From contig CAVNZM010000017.1 of the NCBI GenBank assembly GCA_963693365.1, positions 124,001-188,000 of the forward strand: a stretch of DNA of 64,000 bases, in the 5' to 3' direction. The DNA comes from Amoebidium appalachense (lineage: Eukaryota; Protista; Ichthyosporea). The first letter of the stretch is position 1; each line of letters opens with the position of its first letter. Positions 44,292 to 58,311 of the stretch are shown here, in pieces. The notes beneath the pieces were generated by a model that saw only the letters and a list, made by a program, of their open reading frames with translations, was not told the DNA's origin and ran no database searches. Made by a program: the position numbers and the translations under genes.

Positions 44292-46028
44292 AAAAAAACC
44301 CCGCAACCCCCCGTCCCTCCCCCCCTCCTCTTTCCCCTCACCCCACCTGTCCCTTCAAGAAGTTCCAGCCCGGTGACTTCCCCAACTCGCACGGTCAACT
44401 CCCCCCTTGCCCCCCCTTGCCCATCCCCTCCCTTTCCCCTCCCAACTTGAACCCCTCGTCCCATCCCCCTGCCTGTAGTACCTGCCTGCCGACCTTTCCC
44501 TCACCTTGTCCCCACCTTGTTGAGTTGACGTCTGACCTGTTAATAACACCCCAATATATGCTAATCTTACATTATAATGTGTAGTTACTACCACGGGTTC
44601 TTGTGCAAGTTCACCGAGACTCCCTTCAGTAACTTAATCCTTTTTACTCTCCCAGATCTACGTGCACCATGCCGGAGGCGGATTCGACGCACGCAAAAGG
44701 AGGCCCGACCTCAAGCAGGCCTCCAATGACCTGAGTCACACCATCTTCAGGGGCATCGAGTTTCTGCCATCATGCTTGGTGATTGAGCTGCTTGAGAAGG
44801 AGATGGAGACTAGCCAGCTGTCGGAGCTGAAGAAGCTCCCACAAAAACATTTCCAGCAGAGGGTAAGTCCCATCCCCCATCCCCCCCCCATCCCCCCCTC
44901 CCCCCCCCCCCCCCCACTGGGGAGGTGCCCTGTCCCATGCCCCCTTCAACCCCCCCTCCCCCTCCCCCCCCTCGGGTCCTCTCTCTCCCTTGTTTCTGTG
45001 GGCACAGATATCTGTAGATCTGTGCACACCTGGCTCTCTTGCCTGATAAGAACTTATTGTATTTTATTTCTGTTTGCTCTCCTCTGTTTATCTGAGAGGT
45101 AGCGTGATTGGCTAGCCTCACTCGTTGTCTTTCCTTTATTTCAAAATGGCTTAGTTTTGTTCTCAAAAGGATGGCTCGCCAATAGTCGCGAGCGAGTACA
45201 TCTGTAGATTGTGTTGTGCATTCCTGTCTGTTAATATATGTGTGTTGTGATTGGACAATAGATATATATGGAATTCGGTTTATTGCAAAGTGTCTTCACT
45301 TTGAGAGTGTCGACTATTAGGAAATATATGTATTTAAATAAGTTTCTTTATAGAGACGAACATAAATATATATGTGAGTTAATAGTGACTAGATGTATAA
45401 TTACTTAATTTATTTAAGTAAGAGTTTCTACACTTTAGTTTAATCGGAAGTTGGAATGCGTATGCTCTGTCGGAATGTGTTTTTCTATCTTCTGATAGAA
45501 CCGATTGGTTCTCCCTCTTTAGTTGTGATAAGGTGATAAGTCGCAAGTACAAAAGGAACCGAGAGCACAATAAAGAATCAGTTGTTGTTTGAAATCTTTC
45601 AATGTCTCGTGAACAACTCCGATTGCCCTCTCATTAATGTGTTAGTCGTGTTTTACATGACACCTCTGTGCACTCTGCTCTCTTAGACCCGTACAAAACA
45701 ACACCTCCCCCCCCCCCCCCCCCCCCCCCCCGTCGGAGCTACCACCTACTGGCCAGTACTTCCCCAACAACCCCCATCGGCCAACATCTTTACATATAAC
45801 TATAGAAACACCCCCACCCCCACCCCCACACACACACGTTTTCATGGAAGATTTTCCGGACGGGTGCTTTTTTTCCAGCAAAGTTAACCTGTAGGCTTAC
45901 ACCCGTTGCTGCAGGCTTTTTTGGACCTGCAACTTTCCCTGTGGAACAGACTCAAGCCAACAATCCGACAGGCAGCCGAGAAAGCAGGTGAACCGATTGC
46001 CGAAGACGGAAAGCCATCATGGGAAAAG
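43963..46028 (+). CDS. Three in-phase exons of an unidentified spliced gene (43963-44134, 44656-44862, 45915-46028)
   Basis: AG/GT boundaries and an open joined frame ([10 protein letters not shown].../IYVHHAGGG.../AFLDLQL...). No start or stop was identified. Confidence 0.5.
44981..45703 (+). repeat. 5'-truncated Copia A LTR copy in an intron
   Basis: Matches the Copia A LTR from the CT tract to ...AAACAACA. Confidence 0.9.
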
Positions 46029-46111
46029 GTATGCATCTACACGTTTTTTTCTTGTTTTTTGTTTTTTTTTTTCTTTGGGGGGGGGGGGGAGGGGGGGGAG
46101 GGGCACACACG

Positions 46112-46202
<91 letters not shown>

Positions 46203-47157
46203 GCACACAGACACACAGACACACAGACACACAGACACACAGACACACAGACACACAGACACACAGACACACAGACACACACACAGACACACAGACACAC
46301 GGACACACAGACACACAGACACACAGACACACAGACACAGACACACAGACACACGGACACACGGACACACGGACACACGGACACACGGACACACGGACAC
46401 ACGGACACCTGGCAGACACACGGACACACGGACACACAGACACACAGACACACACACACTCACAGAAAACTCATGTGAGCACATTCTGTGGTTCGATCCA
46501 AGGTCCCCCTCCACACTTCCTCCCCTGCTCTCTACAGGGTCTCATCCTACAGTCTCCTCCTCAAGTTCTCTCTCTCCTCTCTCTCTCTCTCTCTCTTTCT
46601 GTCCTCTCCCTCCCTTATTCTTTCTCTGCCTCCCCCTCTCTCTTGCGTCTCTCTCTCTCTCTCTCTCTCTCATGCCTTTCTCCGTCAGCCTCACAGTCCG
46701 AGGCTCTCTCCGCCCCTCCCCCCCCCCCCCCCCCCCCCTCCCTTCCTAGGAGTCCCCAGGCCAAAGCTCTATCAAGTCCTCTGGCCACGGCCCTTGGCCA
46801 TTCCAAGTCTCCTAAAGGGTTAGCATGTCTCAGTATCTCATTTCCCCCCCTCCTTCCCCTCTCCCTCCCAGTCTCTCCCGAAGTTCACTTCAAAAAGTTT
46901 CCCCCCTGTCCCCTCTCCCTCCCTCCCTCTCTCAGAGTCCCTTCCTCCCATCCTCAGGTCTCCCTTCGATTCCCTCAAAGCCTTCTCTCTTCTCCCCCCT
47001 TCCCCCCCCCTCCCCCCCCCCCCCCCCCATAATATCGTGTGTTTACATTGAGGCGAAACGACGCAATCGTCGGACAGAAGACTTCAAAAGTGTGCACGTG
47101 CACGAGTGACCATACGCAAGTATATGCGGTTCACTGCATATTAATGTCATAAGACAG

Positions 47158-47427
47158 TGGCGGCCCCGGGCCACTCGATCGACGACGACCATGTACATGT
47201 GCGGGATATGCTAACCCCGATTTTCGGTGCGCCAGCACCATTCATATGTCGTATGATATTGCTGCGTTCGTATTGGAAATACCATATTCCTCGAAATGAT
47301 GACACCTAATCACGCGTGTTTAGATGTCGATCGCGGACTACCAGAGTCCGGAGAAGGAGGTGATTTTTGCTAACGCCGCTAAACCAAGATCGTTCCGTAA
47401 CTGGTTTCGTCGTGCGGTAGAGATCAT

Positions 47428-47469
<42 letters not shown>

Positions 47470-48157
47470 CGCCCCTGAACAACGCAAACTATCACACGCG
47501 CATACTGTCAATATTTTTGTATAATGTACATGCGGCGTACAGTATGCACCCCATATGTACACACAGTAGATGATGACTGATCAAGGTTGTACGTTAATGT
47601 TTGCGTACTCCCAAAGTTTACGCTCGATAACCTCATGAGACTTGGCCATGGCGGCCCCGGGCCACTCGATCGACGACCATGTACATGTGCGGCATGATGC
47701 TAACTCCGATTTTCGGTGCGCCAGCACCATTAAGTTGTATGATACTGCTGCGTTCCTATTGGACATACCATATTCCTCGAAATGACACCTGATCACGCGT
47801 GTTTAGATGTCGATAGCGGACTACCAGAGCCCGGAGAACGAGGTGATTTATGCTAACGCCGCTAAACCAAGATCGTTCCGTAACCCGGTGTCGTCTTGCG
47901 GTAGAGATCATACTGCCCCCCCCCCCCCTCCTCTCCCCCCCGCCCCCCCCCTCCCCCCCCCCCCCCCCCCCCCCCCCCCGCCCGGCCCCTGAACAACGCA
48001 AACTATCACACGCGCATACTGTGAATATTTTTGTGTAATGTACATGTGACGTACAGTATGCACCCCGTATGTACACACAGTAGATGACGACTGATCAAGG
48101 TTGTACGTTAATGTTTGCGTACTTTCAAAGTTTACCCTCGATATCAACCTCACGAGA
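47158..48157. repeat. Diverged ~490-bp tandem duplication
   Basis: TGGCGGCCCCGGGCCACTCGATCGACGAC... starts at 47158 and again at 47649; the copies are colinear with scattered substitutions. Confidence 0.85.
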
Positions 48158-48378
48158 CGCCGCCATAAAAGAACCATGTTGAACAGCGGAAAACCATTGC
48201 CCAACGAGGGAGAATTCAATCATTGGCGCATGCAGTACAATGCATGTCATATAAAAGCGGGATACACCGTGACTCACGACCGCGCCACAATCAGACATGT
48301 GTTGTAGTCAGTACATTGTGCACAGTGGTCCTTGGGTGAATACCATGATATAGCCTAATCAACGCAATGGCTTAAAGT

Positions 48379-48908
48379 TTGGCGAAGGTGCAAAGGGTGG
48401 TGCTCAAGCCCGCCAGGAAGTACTCGGGTCAGAAACGACCTCCCGGTGCACAGACAACTGTGACACGCACGAAAAGGCGAGACACAGCCCATTCTGACGA
48501 AAACATAAAGTTGGCCGCATCGACCCGAAGGTGTTGCTCAAAGGGCAGATGTTTGGCATTGCACCCGTACTCGATTGACCAGGTTCGCGAGTCACGAACA
48601 CTTTTATATGAGATGTACAGCCTGGCCGAAAGGAAAGTAAAACTGTGGGAGCTGGCTACAGCCCTAACACACGGGGATCGTTTGAGCCAGAAAAACCGAG
48701 TCCCGTTCCACGGGCATCTGCGATGCCCGTTTGCCGTCTCAACCCTGTTTAACATCAGCCCCCAGACGTTCCTACACATGTCCCCTCACCACGTACTTGA
48801 GCGCGACATGTTGGTGGGTTGGCTACATGAGGAGCTCATTACATTCTTCGAACACACTGGCAGCCCGGTGCATGACGGGATATTTGTGTGCCCAGCCGGT
48901 AACCCCCC
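48379..48908 (+). pseudogene. Cys-rich ORF remnant interrupted by the Gypsy element, possibly a DNA transposase N-terminal part; further remnants at ~57200-57510
   Basis: CC...C...I..VR..R...Y....ER...L...G..RC......FNIS, then after the insertion P....ITSECGDC...H...HR. Confidence 0.3.
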
Positions 48909-49769
48909 TGACATATACTAATCCGTCTCAGCAGATTAGCCTAAGTCTACGATCGAGATCGGGGGGGGGGGGGGGGGGGGGGGGGGTGGCCCGGGTCCAC
49001 AGATCATCAAGATCAAGTCCGGGGCCTCAAGATAGCTGTACAGCTGCGTGCATCTTGCCTCTGCCGGCGCAGGGCATTGGACCACGTCAGCCGGGGCAGC
49101 CGACCAATAGAATTCCAATTAGTGTGTAGGATAGATCGTAGGAGGACTTAGGAATGTGATTGTTCGGGCAGAAGCCCTTTTGTAAGTATTGGCAAGGTTT
49201 GATAGAGTATGTTGCCAAACGAATTTATATATTTAGATGTAGAGGAAAGGGGGGAGGGAGGGGGGGAGGATAGTATGAAATGTAGATTTAGACTCTGCGG
49301 TGCCACTAGGGGGGGAGGGTGAGGGGTGAGACATGGATAAATATATTAGTTGAGTAGATCGACTTAGCTCGTGCAGGCGCACGATAAAAGTAGATCGGAA
49401 TGTTTGGAATGTGGCATCGTAGGGGGCCAGGTGATGATGATCTTTGAGGGCACGGCCTTGATGGCCTCAGTTGTAACTTAGTCTCATTCCGTACGGACCT
49501 AAGTTTGCCCGTCGGAGCCTGGTCTGAATAAACTTTACCGTTTTTCCGTACACGTTCGTTCCTTTTCGTGTGTATACACTTAGTAGAGTGCCGCGTCTCT
49601 AGTACATATACATTAGGATACGACAAGCTACACCTTTCTTTTAGTGCGGTTTTTCGCGCTAGGGTAACGCGGTGACAGTTCCTTCTGGGCTGTTGCTACA
49701 CCTCAAACACACAGAAAAAAAAAAAAAAAAAAAAAAAAAACATAAACACAACCACCCGAACACCACACA

Positions 49770-51113
49770 ATGGCTAAGTTTAACGTAGACATGTTCTACG
49801 CATTGGCAGCAGAGGATAGCTCCCTGCACACACAGGTACCACAGGTTCATACACTAGACGTTAGACAGACCACAGCTTTCAGTTTTACACTCAAACACGA
49901 CTCGGAAATACCTAGGTGGCTTAGGACACTCCTAGCTAACACACCCACACTCGTGTTAGACACAAAGAAGGCCCCCACTGTGGCGGCCTCGTGCTTAATG
50001 ATCAAACAGTGCATCGACCACAAAACAATGGCCGACTTACTATAGTATGCACCCTGATGGAGGAGCACCCGTACCGGGCCGAGCAGGCCCCCCAGGTGAC
50101 GGCTCGTATATACGAGCAGCAGTACGACGAGGGGAGGGACGAGATGGTGTCCCGGACGCTCGGCCAGAAACGTCTGGCCGCACGATTCATCCCCGACGAC
50201 GAGGACGAGAACAGCACCGACGACGTGGACGGGGAGCTCGAGGCCTTCACACGGCCGGAAAACGAGCTCGAGTATACGGCCCGGCTCGTCGGCCGATACC
50301 TGACGGCCGACCGGCGCCGTACCTTCCGGGCCCAGCTCAGAGAATGGAAGTATACCTTTCCCACTTTAGATATGTCCCCCGTAGAAGCTCGTGCATTCTT
50401 TGAGAGGGAATATCGGGTCTTTGAAGACCTTTGTGAGTTAGCTGGTGACGTGAGTGATAGGGAAAAATTCGAGTTTGCTCGTAAGGCTCTCTCTGTAAAC
50501 ACAGACACTGCACGCATGTTTGGGGAGCATGATGATGTAGATGAGGTGGTGTTGCATGTTAAACGTCACTTGCTTGCCATGCACGAGGTGAAGTTCAATA
50601 AGAGGGATAAAAAGGAGGTGATGGAAGTAGACAAGAAAAAGAAGGAGAGTGGACAGAAGGGGGAAAAAGAGAAAAAAGAGGGTGAACAGCCAGATGCACT
50701 CACCATGTTGGTCAAGCAGGTTGCCGAGCTCTCCCAGGCCGTCTTTTCTGGCCGAGGGGGCTTCGGCTTCCGGGGTGGCCGTGGCGGCGACCGGGGTGGA
50801 CACGGCGGTCGTGGCCGAGGTGGACGTGGAGGACAACAGCAGCAGTTCACCGAGAGGTTTGCCCCTTATCTTGCTCGTGGTGGTGGGCAGGGTAGAGGGA
50901 GGGGGTGGAAATGGTGGTGAGAGAGGCCGAGGGGGGCAGGGGGGAAGGGGGGGCCGTGGTGCACACGGTGGGCCCCCCCAGCATGACCGGGCTCCCGGTT
51001 ATGCTTTGCGCCAAGGTTTTGAAGTCCCCCCTGGCCCCTTCTTTGGTGCATGTTACTTTTGTGGCCGGCAAGGGCACTCTGCGGCATATTGCCGTAGTTA
51101 CAAGAGCTATTGA
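49770..51113 (+). pseudogene. gag: Gypsy gag (frameshifted), RGG-rich, with a CCHC knuckle
   Basis: Overlapping ORFs 49770-50045, 49991-50920 and 50649-51113; CYFCGRQGHSAAYC. Confidence 0.75.
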
Positions 51114-51676
51114 GTTCCGGGGGAGGGGGAAGCTGGGGTCACTGAGGGAGGGGGGGACAGTATCGGTCCCCCCCAGGTTGCAGAGAACCTTCACCCTCCC
51201 CCACCCCAGGTTAAGCTTCCCTTTGCCCCCTCACCGCCCCGATACGTGTGGGAGCCGGGCATCGTCGTGGGTCCTCAAGACAGCGTCGAGGTGGTATGGC
51301 ATGAATGTTTGTGGGGTGACTCTACCAAAGGTATGAATGGTGTGAATGTTTTGTGGTTGGGGGAGGTTCCCCAGCCACAAGTGGATGGTCTCAGTGTTTC
51401 TTGTCCCAACCCGGTGTTTATTCTAACCACACCGGAGGGGGTTTCTGTGCCATTGTTTCCGGGAGGGGGGGGGACACACACGAGTAAAGGGGGAAGGGGG
51501 GGGAAGGCACAGACACGTAGAAACACACCACCACAACAACATCCGACGGTTGCAGACACACCTACACCCACACCCACACCCACACATACACCAAACACAC
51601 ACACACCACCCACCCACACATCACACACACACACTCCACCACCGCCCACACCACATCGACACACCCCACCCCACCC

Positions 51677-54600
51677 GTGCAGGCACCACAGGTAGGTATG
51701 TTGCACGTAGGTATCGAGGGTGTGAGTCTTCGGGGGCAGGGATTGGGTGTGAGTGATGATGTGTTGCTTGAATTGGAGGAGGATTTAGTTGGTTTTAGCC
51801 GGCATTATATAGACGTATGGTTAGCTGATGGTAAGTTGAAGGCTGTTGCTTTGCTCGATGGAGGGGCTCAGGTTAATTGTGTGCATGCTTCGTTTATTCG
51901 TCGTTTTAATCAGGCCGGGGGGGAAATTCCTATTTTAGATGCTTCTAGCACAGCCTTGGGTAGTGCTAATAATAGTAGTATGTCTGTGGAAGGTGTTTGT
52001 GTGTTGCCGTGTGAGATAGGTGGCCAGGCTATGCATATTGCTTGTTATGTGGTTAAGGATTTAGCTCAAAGTGTTTTGTTGGGAGCCCCATTTTTCTGTA
52101 GACATGTGAATGCTTTGTTTGAACGTACGAATGTTTTAGAATTGCAGTCCGGCGTTAAAATTAAAACCCATGATGGGCTCGACGGTTATCAGTCTGGTGC
52201 TAGAACAGTAGCTGAAGTAGTAATCGAGCCTTATCAGTGCCAAACGGTACGTGTCCGGGCCGGCAATCATGTTGGGATAGGGGATTTAGGGGTTTTTACT
52301 CCGAAAACCCCATTTCAGGAGGTGGCCCAATGGACCCTTAGTAGGGTATGGCCGGATAAGACAATAGAAATAGAATTAGTGAATCCGGGCATCGAGCCTA
52401 TAGTGATTAGGTCAGGTGTTTCCGTCGGTAGTTTCACTAATGAGATTGGTAGTATAGAGGTCTCTCTTATTACCCAAAAGGAGGATGCCGGCTCGAAGGG
52501 TGACTCAGGAGGAGGGGGAACAACTTTAAATTTATTTAACGTTAGCCACCAAAATGTCACCCGACACGATGGGGGGGGGGACCGGGACAGCACCGGTCCC
52601 ACTCCCCCAACCCCCAAGAGGAAGGAGGGTCACCCCGGGTGTGAGAATGTGCAGGCAGGGGGGGAGGGTGTTGGTCTAACCCGTGGATCTGACGGGTTAA
52701 CCAACACCGTGGGGGGCAGGGTGGCCACAGACCTGGCCCCCCACATACATGCACTAACTCATCAGGAATTGCCCGGGGGCATTGGTGTGCCGGGGGGAGG
52801 GGGGTGCTAAGGGTGACCGCCTATATCCGGAGGTACCTCAACCTCACCCCGAGCAGCACCGATGTAATACAGGAGGTGAAATGTTAAGTGGCACTCCGGT
52901 GAATAAGGATGCATCCACTTGTGATGGGGGTAACCCGGAGTTAGTATTGCCGTTTGGTATGAAGGAGGGGGATTGGACGGTAGAACAGAAAAAATTGCTA
53001 GCTAAGTTATTTGATAGGACTCGGTTTGCATTTCTGGCCGATGATAACGAAGTAGGCTTCGTTAAAGGGTTTGAAATGCAGATCGACACAGGTGATAATA
53101 GGCCGGTAGTGATGCCTAGCTATAGAATGGAGCAGTATAAATTGTCGGATGCGCTAATAATAGTGAGTGATATGTTAAAAAAGGGTCATGTGGAGCATAG
53201 TTCGAGTCCGTGGAGAAGTCCGGTGCTATTGGTTAAGAAGCCCGACGGGTCTTGGCGTCTAGTGAACGATTACAGGGCTCTGAATCGGATCACTAAGGCA
53301 GACCAATGGCCTCTCCCTAACATAGACGAGCAGCTTTCACAGCTGCACGGCTATACTCACTTTGCTAAACTTGATTTAAAAGCAGCTTTTTGGCAGATAA
53401 GGTTGGAGGAGAGCAGCAAGGAGAAGACTGCCTTTGCACTGGGTGACCAGCTGTTCCAGTACAAGGTGGTGCCGATGGGTTTGCTCTCCTCTCCAGCTAT
53501 GTTGTGCCGGGTAATGTATAAAATTCTCCACCCTCATTTGGATGTATGCCACCCTTATTTGGATGATGTTTTAATTAAAGGTAGGTCATTTGAGGAGTTA
53601 GTTAATAATTGTGAAAAAGTATTTTTAGCTTTGGGTGAGTCTGGTCTTCGCATTAGCGGTAGCAAGACTGTGATTGGTGTGCCGGAGGTTAAGTTTTTAG
53701 GTCATATTGTGTCTAGTAATGGTCTTTCCCCTGATCCGGAGAAAATCCGGGCCATAGTTGAGTGGCCCCGTCCTCAGACTGTCACTCAACTAAGGCAATT
53801 TTTAGGTTTAACTAATTATCTTCGTCGTTATATTAAGGATTACAGTATGCTTGCTTTGCCGTTAACTAGTCAGACGGGGGGGGAGAAGAAGAATAGAATA
53901 GATTGGAATGTTGATGCTGTTTCTGCTTTCGAAAAGCTTAAGTTAGCTTTGCAGTCTTCGAGTATGCTTGTTCATCCTGATTTTTCGGCCGGGGGGGGGA
54001 TGTTTAAAGTTCGGTGTGATGCAAGTAAGGTTGCTGAGGGGGCCGTGTTATATCAAGTGCAGGAGGGGCAGGATAGAGTGATTGCTTATGCTAGTCGTTC
54101 ATTTAGTAAAAGTGAACGTAGATATAACAATCCGGAGAGAGAGTCCCATGCTATCTTTTGGGCAGTCTCACAGGCATGGAGGTATATACTCGCAGGCAGG
54201 ACGTTTGAGGTCTACACCGACCACAAGCCCTGCCTAGCCATGGCCGGCACCACTCGTCTGGTCAACGAGAGGATGCAGAAGTGGGCCGCGGCTCTCGGTG
54301 AGTTCTCCTATAAATTGTTTTATGCCAAGGGTGAAAAAATGGTTGACTGTGATGCTCTCTCTCGTGCTGCTTATATTTTGTTTGAAGAAGAGAAGGAGGG
54401 GGAGGGGGGGATAGTGAGAGACGGGGGGGGAGGGGGGGAAGGGGGGGAGAGTGAGCAGAAAGGAATAGATGCTGTGTCTGTGGATGTGTCTTCTTGGGTT
54501 CCGGGGTTGCTTGCTTATAAGTGTAGGAGAGGGGGGGAGGTATTTGTCAGTGTCTGAGGTCGGGACCGAGTCTGATGGCTCGGCCCCTGCCTTAGCACCT

Positions 54601-56124
54601 ACGGCTTTGATCTTAGCTCAGGAGGAAGATGTGTTGATTGGTCTGGTTAAGAATTATTTAAAGGGGCCGGTTGATTCGATTAAATTTAAAAATAAAAGGC
54701 AGATGATTAAGGTAGCTAAGTTAGCAAAAATGTGTCAGGTAGAGCAGGATTTAGTTTATCATTGTTCTGGGCCAGACGGACACCGAGTTTGGGTCCCGAC
54801 GGCACTTGTGCCTGAGGTTTTGCATATGGTGCATGAGCATCCCATGGCTGGTCATTTAGGTGTAAATAGGACGTTGCTTCGTGTTAATCGTTCGTATTTT
54901 TGGCCGGGTATGAGTAGGGAGGTGAGGGATTATGTGTTGTCATGCATGCATTGTCAGGAAAGGAATGAGAGTCCCCACTCTCGTTCCCGCCCGTCGTTTA
55001 TTAGGGATTTTAATGTTCGTATGTTTGAAAGGGTAGCAGTGGATGTGGTCGGTCCTTTTAATTCTACGGTTGAGGGTAACACTGTTCTTGTTACCGTCAC
55101 CGATGTGGCCACTCGTTGGGTTGAAGTTTTTCCTCTCCCCACTGCTAATGCCGTTTTGTTTGCTCGTATTTTTGTGGATGAAATTTGTCTTAGGTTTGGT
55201 TGTCCTCGTGTTTTGTTGTCCTTTTTTTTTTTTTTTGTTAACGGATAGGAGTCGTGTGTTTTTAAATCAGTTGGTGTCGGAGGTGTGTAAAATTTTAAGG
55301 GTAGCTCATATCACTACGTCTGCATATCACCCTCAAGCAAATGCCATCTCTGAACGTGTGCATGCAGTGTTTCAGAAGTCCTTTGGCAAAATGGTGGATG
55401 TGGAGGCTAATGATTGGGATCATATGTCTAGGTTTATTGCTCATTCTTATAATTCTACCCCTCATGCTGTGACTGGTTTTTCTCCGTTTTATTTGGTCTA
55501 TGGGCAGGAGGCTATTAGTTTGTTAGATACGGCACTTTTGCCGATGGGGGGGTTGACCGACTAACTTATCCCCACTGCACTGAGTTCCGGGAGCAGCTAC
55601 TAACCCGGGCCCGGGCTGCACGTGATGCAGCTCTGGCCCGTACACAGCAGGCACAGGCACGTGCAGATGTGTCCACACGTCCGTTACGTGAATTTGCCGA
55701 GGGTACTTTAGTTTTAATTAGGGATCATACTAGGAAAAAGAGTTATAAGCAGGAGCAGGAAGGTAAGGGTGAAGGTGAAGGTCTTCGTAAGTATGGTAAG
55801 AAATGGTTGCCTCTTTTTATCGGTCCGTATAAAATAGTGGCTAGGTTAGGTCCGACGGAATATAAGGTGCAGAGGTTAGATAATGAGAGTGATGTTAGAT
55901 TTTATAATGTAGATGATATAAAGGAATATTATGATAGGGCCCTTAGGGTTAAACGGCCGGAGGGCCGTCGAGTGTTAGATGCATTCACCCCCGACTATGA
56001 CGGGTCGGTGGATGTATCGGAGGCTGCAGTAGATAAAATTATGGATAAAAAGGTTATTGAAGGTAAGGAAGGTAAGGTAAATTATTATTTAATTCGTTTT
56101 GAGGGAGGTGGGGGGGGGGGGTAG
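51677..56124 (+). pseudogene. pol: Gypsy pol (protease, RT, RNase H, integrase, partial chromodomain), multiple frameshifts
   Basis: ALLDGGA; SPW.SPVLLVKK, DYRALN, LDLKAAFWQI, YLDD; CDAS..TDHKP..DALSR; H...GHLG..CMHCQ, VDVVGP, TD, SERVH; GPY; VDKIMDKK.....YYLIRFEG. Confidence 0.93.
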
Positions 56125-56334
56125 GTATCAAGCTTATGGTGTAGATTAATTTATTATTTTTCTTCGTAATTTATTTAATTTAATTTTTTTTTAGGAGACT
56201 GATTAGTCTATGTCTTTTTAGGGGGTGTTAGATGTAATGTGACTGAGGTGGGACTCAGCTTTTCCGGGGGCCGGGGGGGGAGTTGACATATACTAATCCG
56301 TCTCAGCAGATTAGCCTAAGTCTACGATCGAGAT

Positions 56335-56372
<38 letters not shown>

Positions 56373-58278
56373 GGGGGTGGCCCGGGTCCACAGATCATCA
56401 AGATCAAGTCCGGGGCCTCAAGATAGCTGTACAGCTGCGTGCATCTTGCCTCTGCCGGCGCAGGGCATTGGACCACGTCAGCCGGGGCAGCCGACCAATA
56501 GAATTCCAATTAGTGTGTAGGATAGATCGTAGGAGGACTTAGGAATGTGATTGTTCGGGCAGAAGCCCTTTTGTAAGTATTGGCAAGGTTTGATAGAGTA
56601 TGTTGCCAAACGAATTTATATATTTAGATGTAGAGGAAAGGGGGGGAGGGGGGGGGGGGGAGGATAGTATGAAATGTAGATTTAGACTCTGCGGTGCCAC
56701 TAGGGGGAGGGTGAGGGGTGAGACATGGATAAATATATTAGTTGAGTAGATCGACTTAGCTCGTGCAGGCGCACGATAAAAGTAGATCGGAATGTTTGGA
56801 ATGTGGCATCGTAGGGGGCCAGGTGATGATGATCTTTGAGGGCACGGCCTTGATGGCCTCAGTTGTAACTTAGTCTCATTCCGTACGGACCTAAGTTTGC
56901 CCGTCGGAGCCTGGTCTGAATAAACTTTACCGTTTTTCCGTACACGTTCGTTCCTTTTCGTGTGTGTACACTTAGTAGAGTGCCGCGTCTCTAGTACATA
57001 TACATTAGGATACGACACCCCCCCCCCCCCCCATCACTCCCCCATATCCCCATATACCCCTTGCCTTAACCCCACCCTTACCATAAATTGCTACGCCATC
57101 TTCTTCAAGGGGAACATACGGGAATGTTTGGTGTGTGTGTGGATGTGCATGTGTGCGCGTAAAAGGGGGGGGTGGAATATGACGTGCTCCCCTGCTGTTT
57201 AAGCAAGTTAGTTGATGTACACAGCGAACTTTTCCTGACATGTTTTTACCCCAGGTTTCACAAGAAGAACAATCTTCGTCGACTACTGCATATCCCGGCG
57301 ATGCAGCCCAGACCAGCCGGTAGTGTCGGAGGCATTCTTTTACCAAACACTGGCGTCCGACCCCAGACTGCCATGCTTTACGTTTCCAAATCGTTCCATA
57401 ACTAGCGAGTGTGGTGACTGTATGGCTATCCGAGTGCCTGCGAGAAAACGGCTGTCACTGGAGAACCGGTCAAAGCTGCAAGAGAAAATGCAGTACCACA
57501 GAGAGCAACATAGGTCCCCCCCCCCCCCCCCCCCCCCCCCTCCTCCCCCCAATCCCCTTCATCCATCCATTTCTTATCACACGCAAACCCCCCCCCCCCC
57601 CCCACCCCCCACCCCCCCACCACCACCACCATTTATCCCTGCTCACAAAAAAAATAAAGGCTCAGTTAAGGCGTCATTGAAAAATTACATAACTTTAAGT
57701 ACACACCGATGATCCCTACCCTAATCCCTTCCTCACTTTGCTCTTATCCCCCCCCCCCCCCCTCCCCCCCCCCCCCCCCCCCCCCCCACCCACCCACCCC
57801 CGCACCCATCCACCCACCAAAGTCACCCTTAACAAAGGACAACTTCAGAGTTGGGGTTGGGAAGGGTGCTATCTGAATGGTACTGGCTTGAAAACCATGT
57901 GGCTCATGCGAATATGCCAGAGAAGTCTGCACTGAAATCCCTGTTTTTGGATACTTGCTTGAAGGCTCGTCGCACCCTAATGCCCAATGGCATGCAACCA
58001 CAAACAGTAAGGTGCTGGCGAGTCCACACCCCGTCTCACCGTTTGCGTCTGTCAGCACAGGGCTGCCCGTGCACACTATACCAGTTGCATCCGCAGGGCC
58101 CTCATCAACCCTACTGAGGTGATGATGATCGAGTGCGATGCACAAGACAAGAAGAAGGTGGTGGTCCCGTCCTGTGTGTCATCGGACAAGGAAGTGAGCA
58201 TCCAAGGACTACTGGGACCTATCAACATGGGATGGGCACGCTCTATGGCCGCACTTCTTGTTTCTACATGGATGCAGG

Positions 58279-58311
<33 letters not shown>

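Larger units (their letters stand above)
48909..57017 (+). mobile_element. Ty3/Gypsy LTR retrotransposon (chromovirus-like)
   Basis: LTRs 48909-49625 and 56284-57017 (TGACA...CGACA), a G-rich PPT, C-run flanks on both sides and gag-PR-RT-RH-IN order. Confidence 0.95.

Noticed and set aside
48904-57022. CCCCC as an informative TSD or target preference for the Gypsy element
   Set aside because: It is compatible with a TSD, but C-runs are ubiquitous here, so length and specificity cannot be determined.
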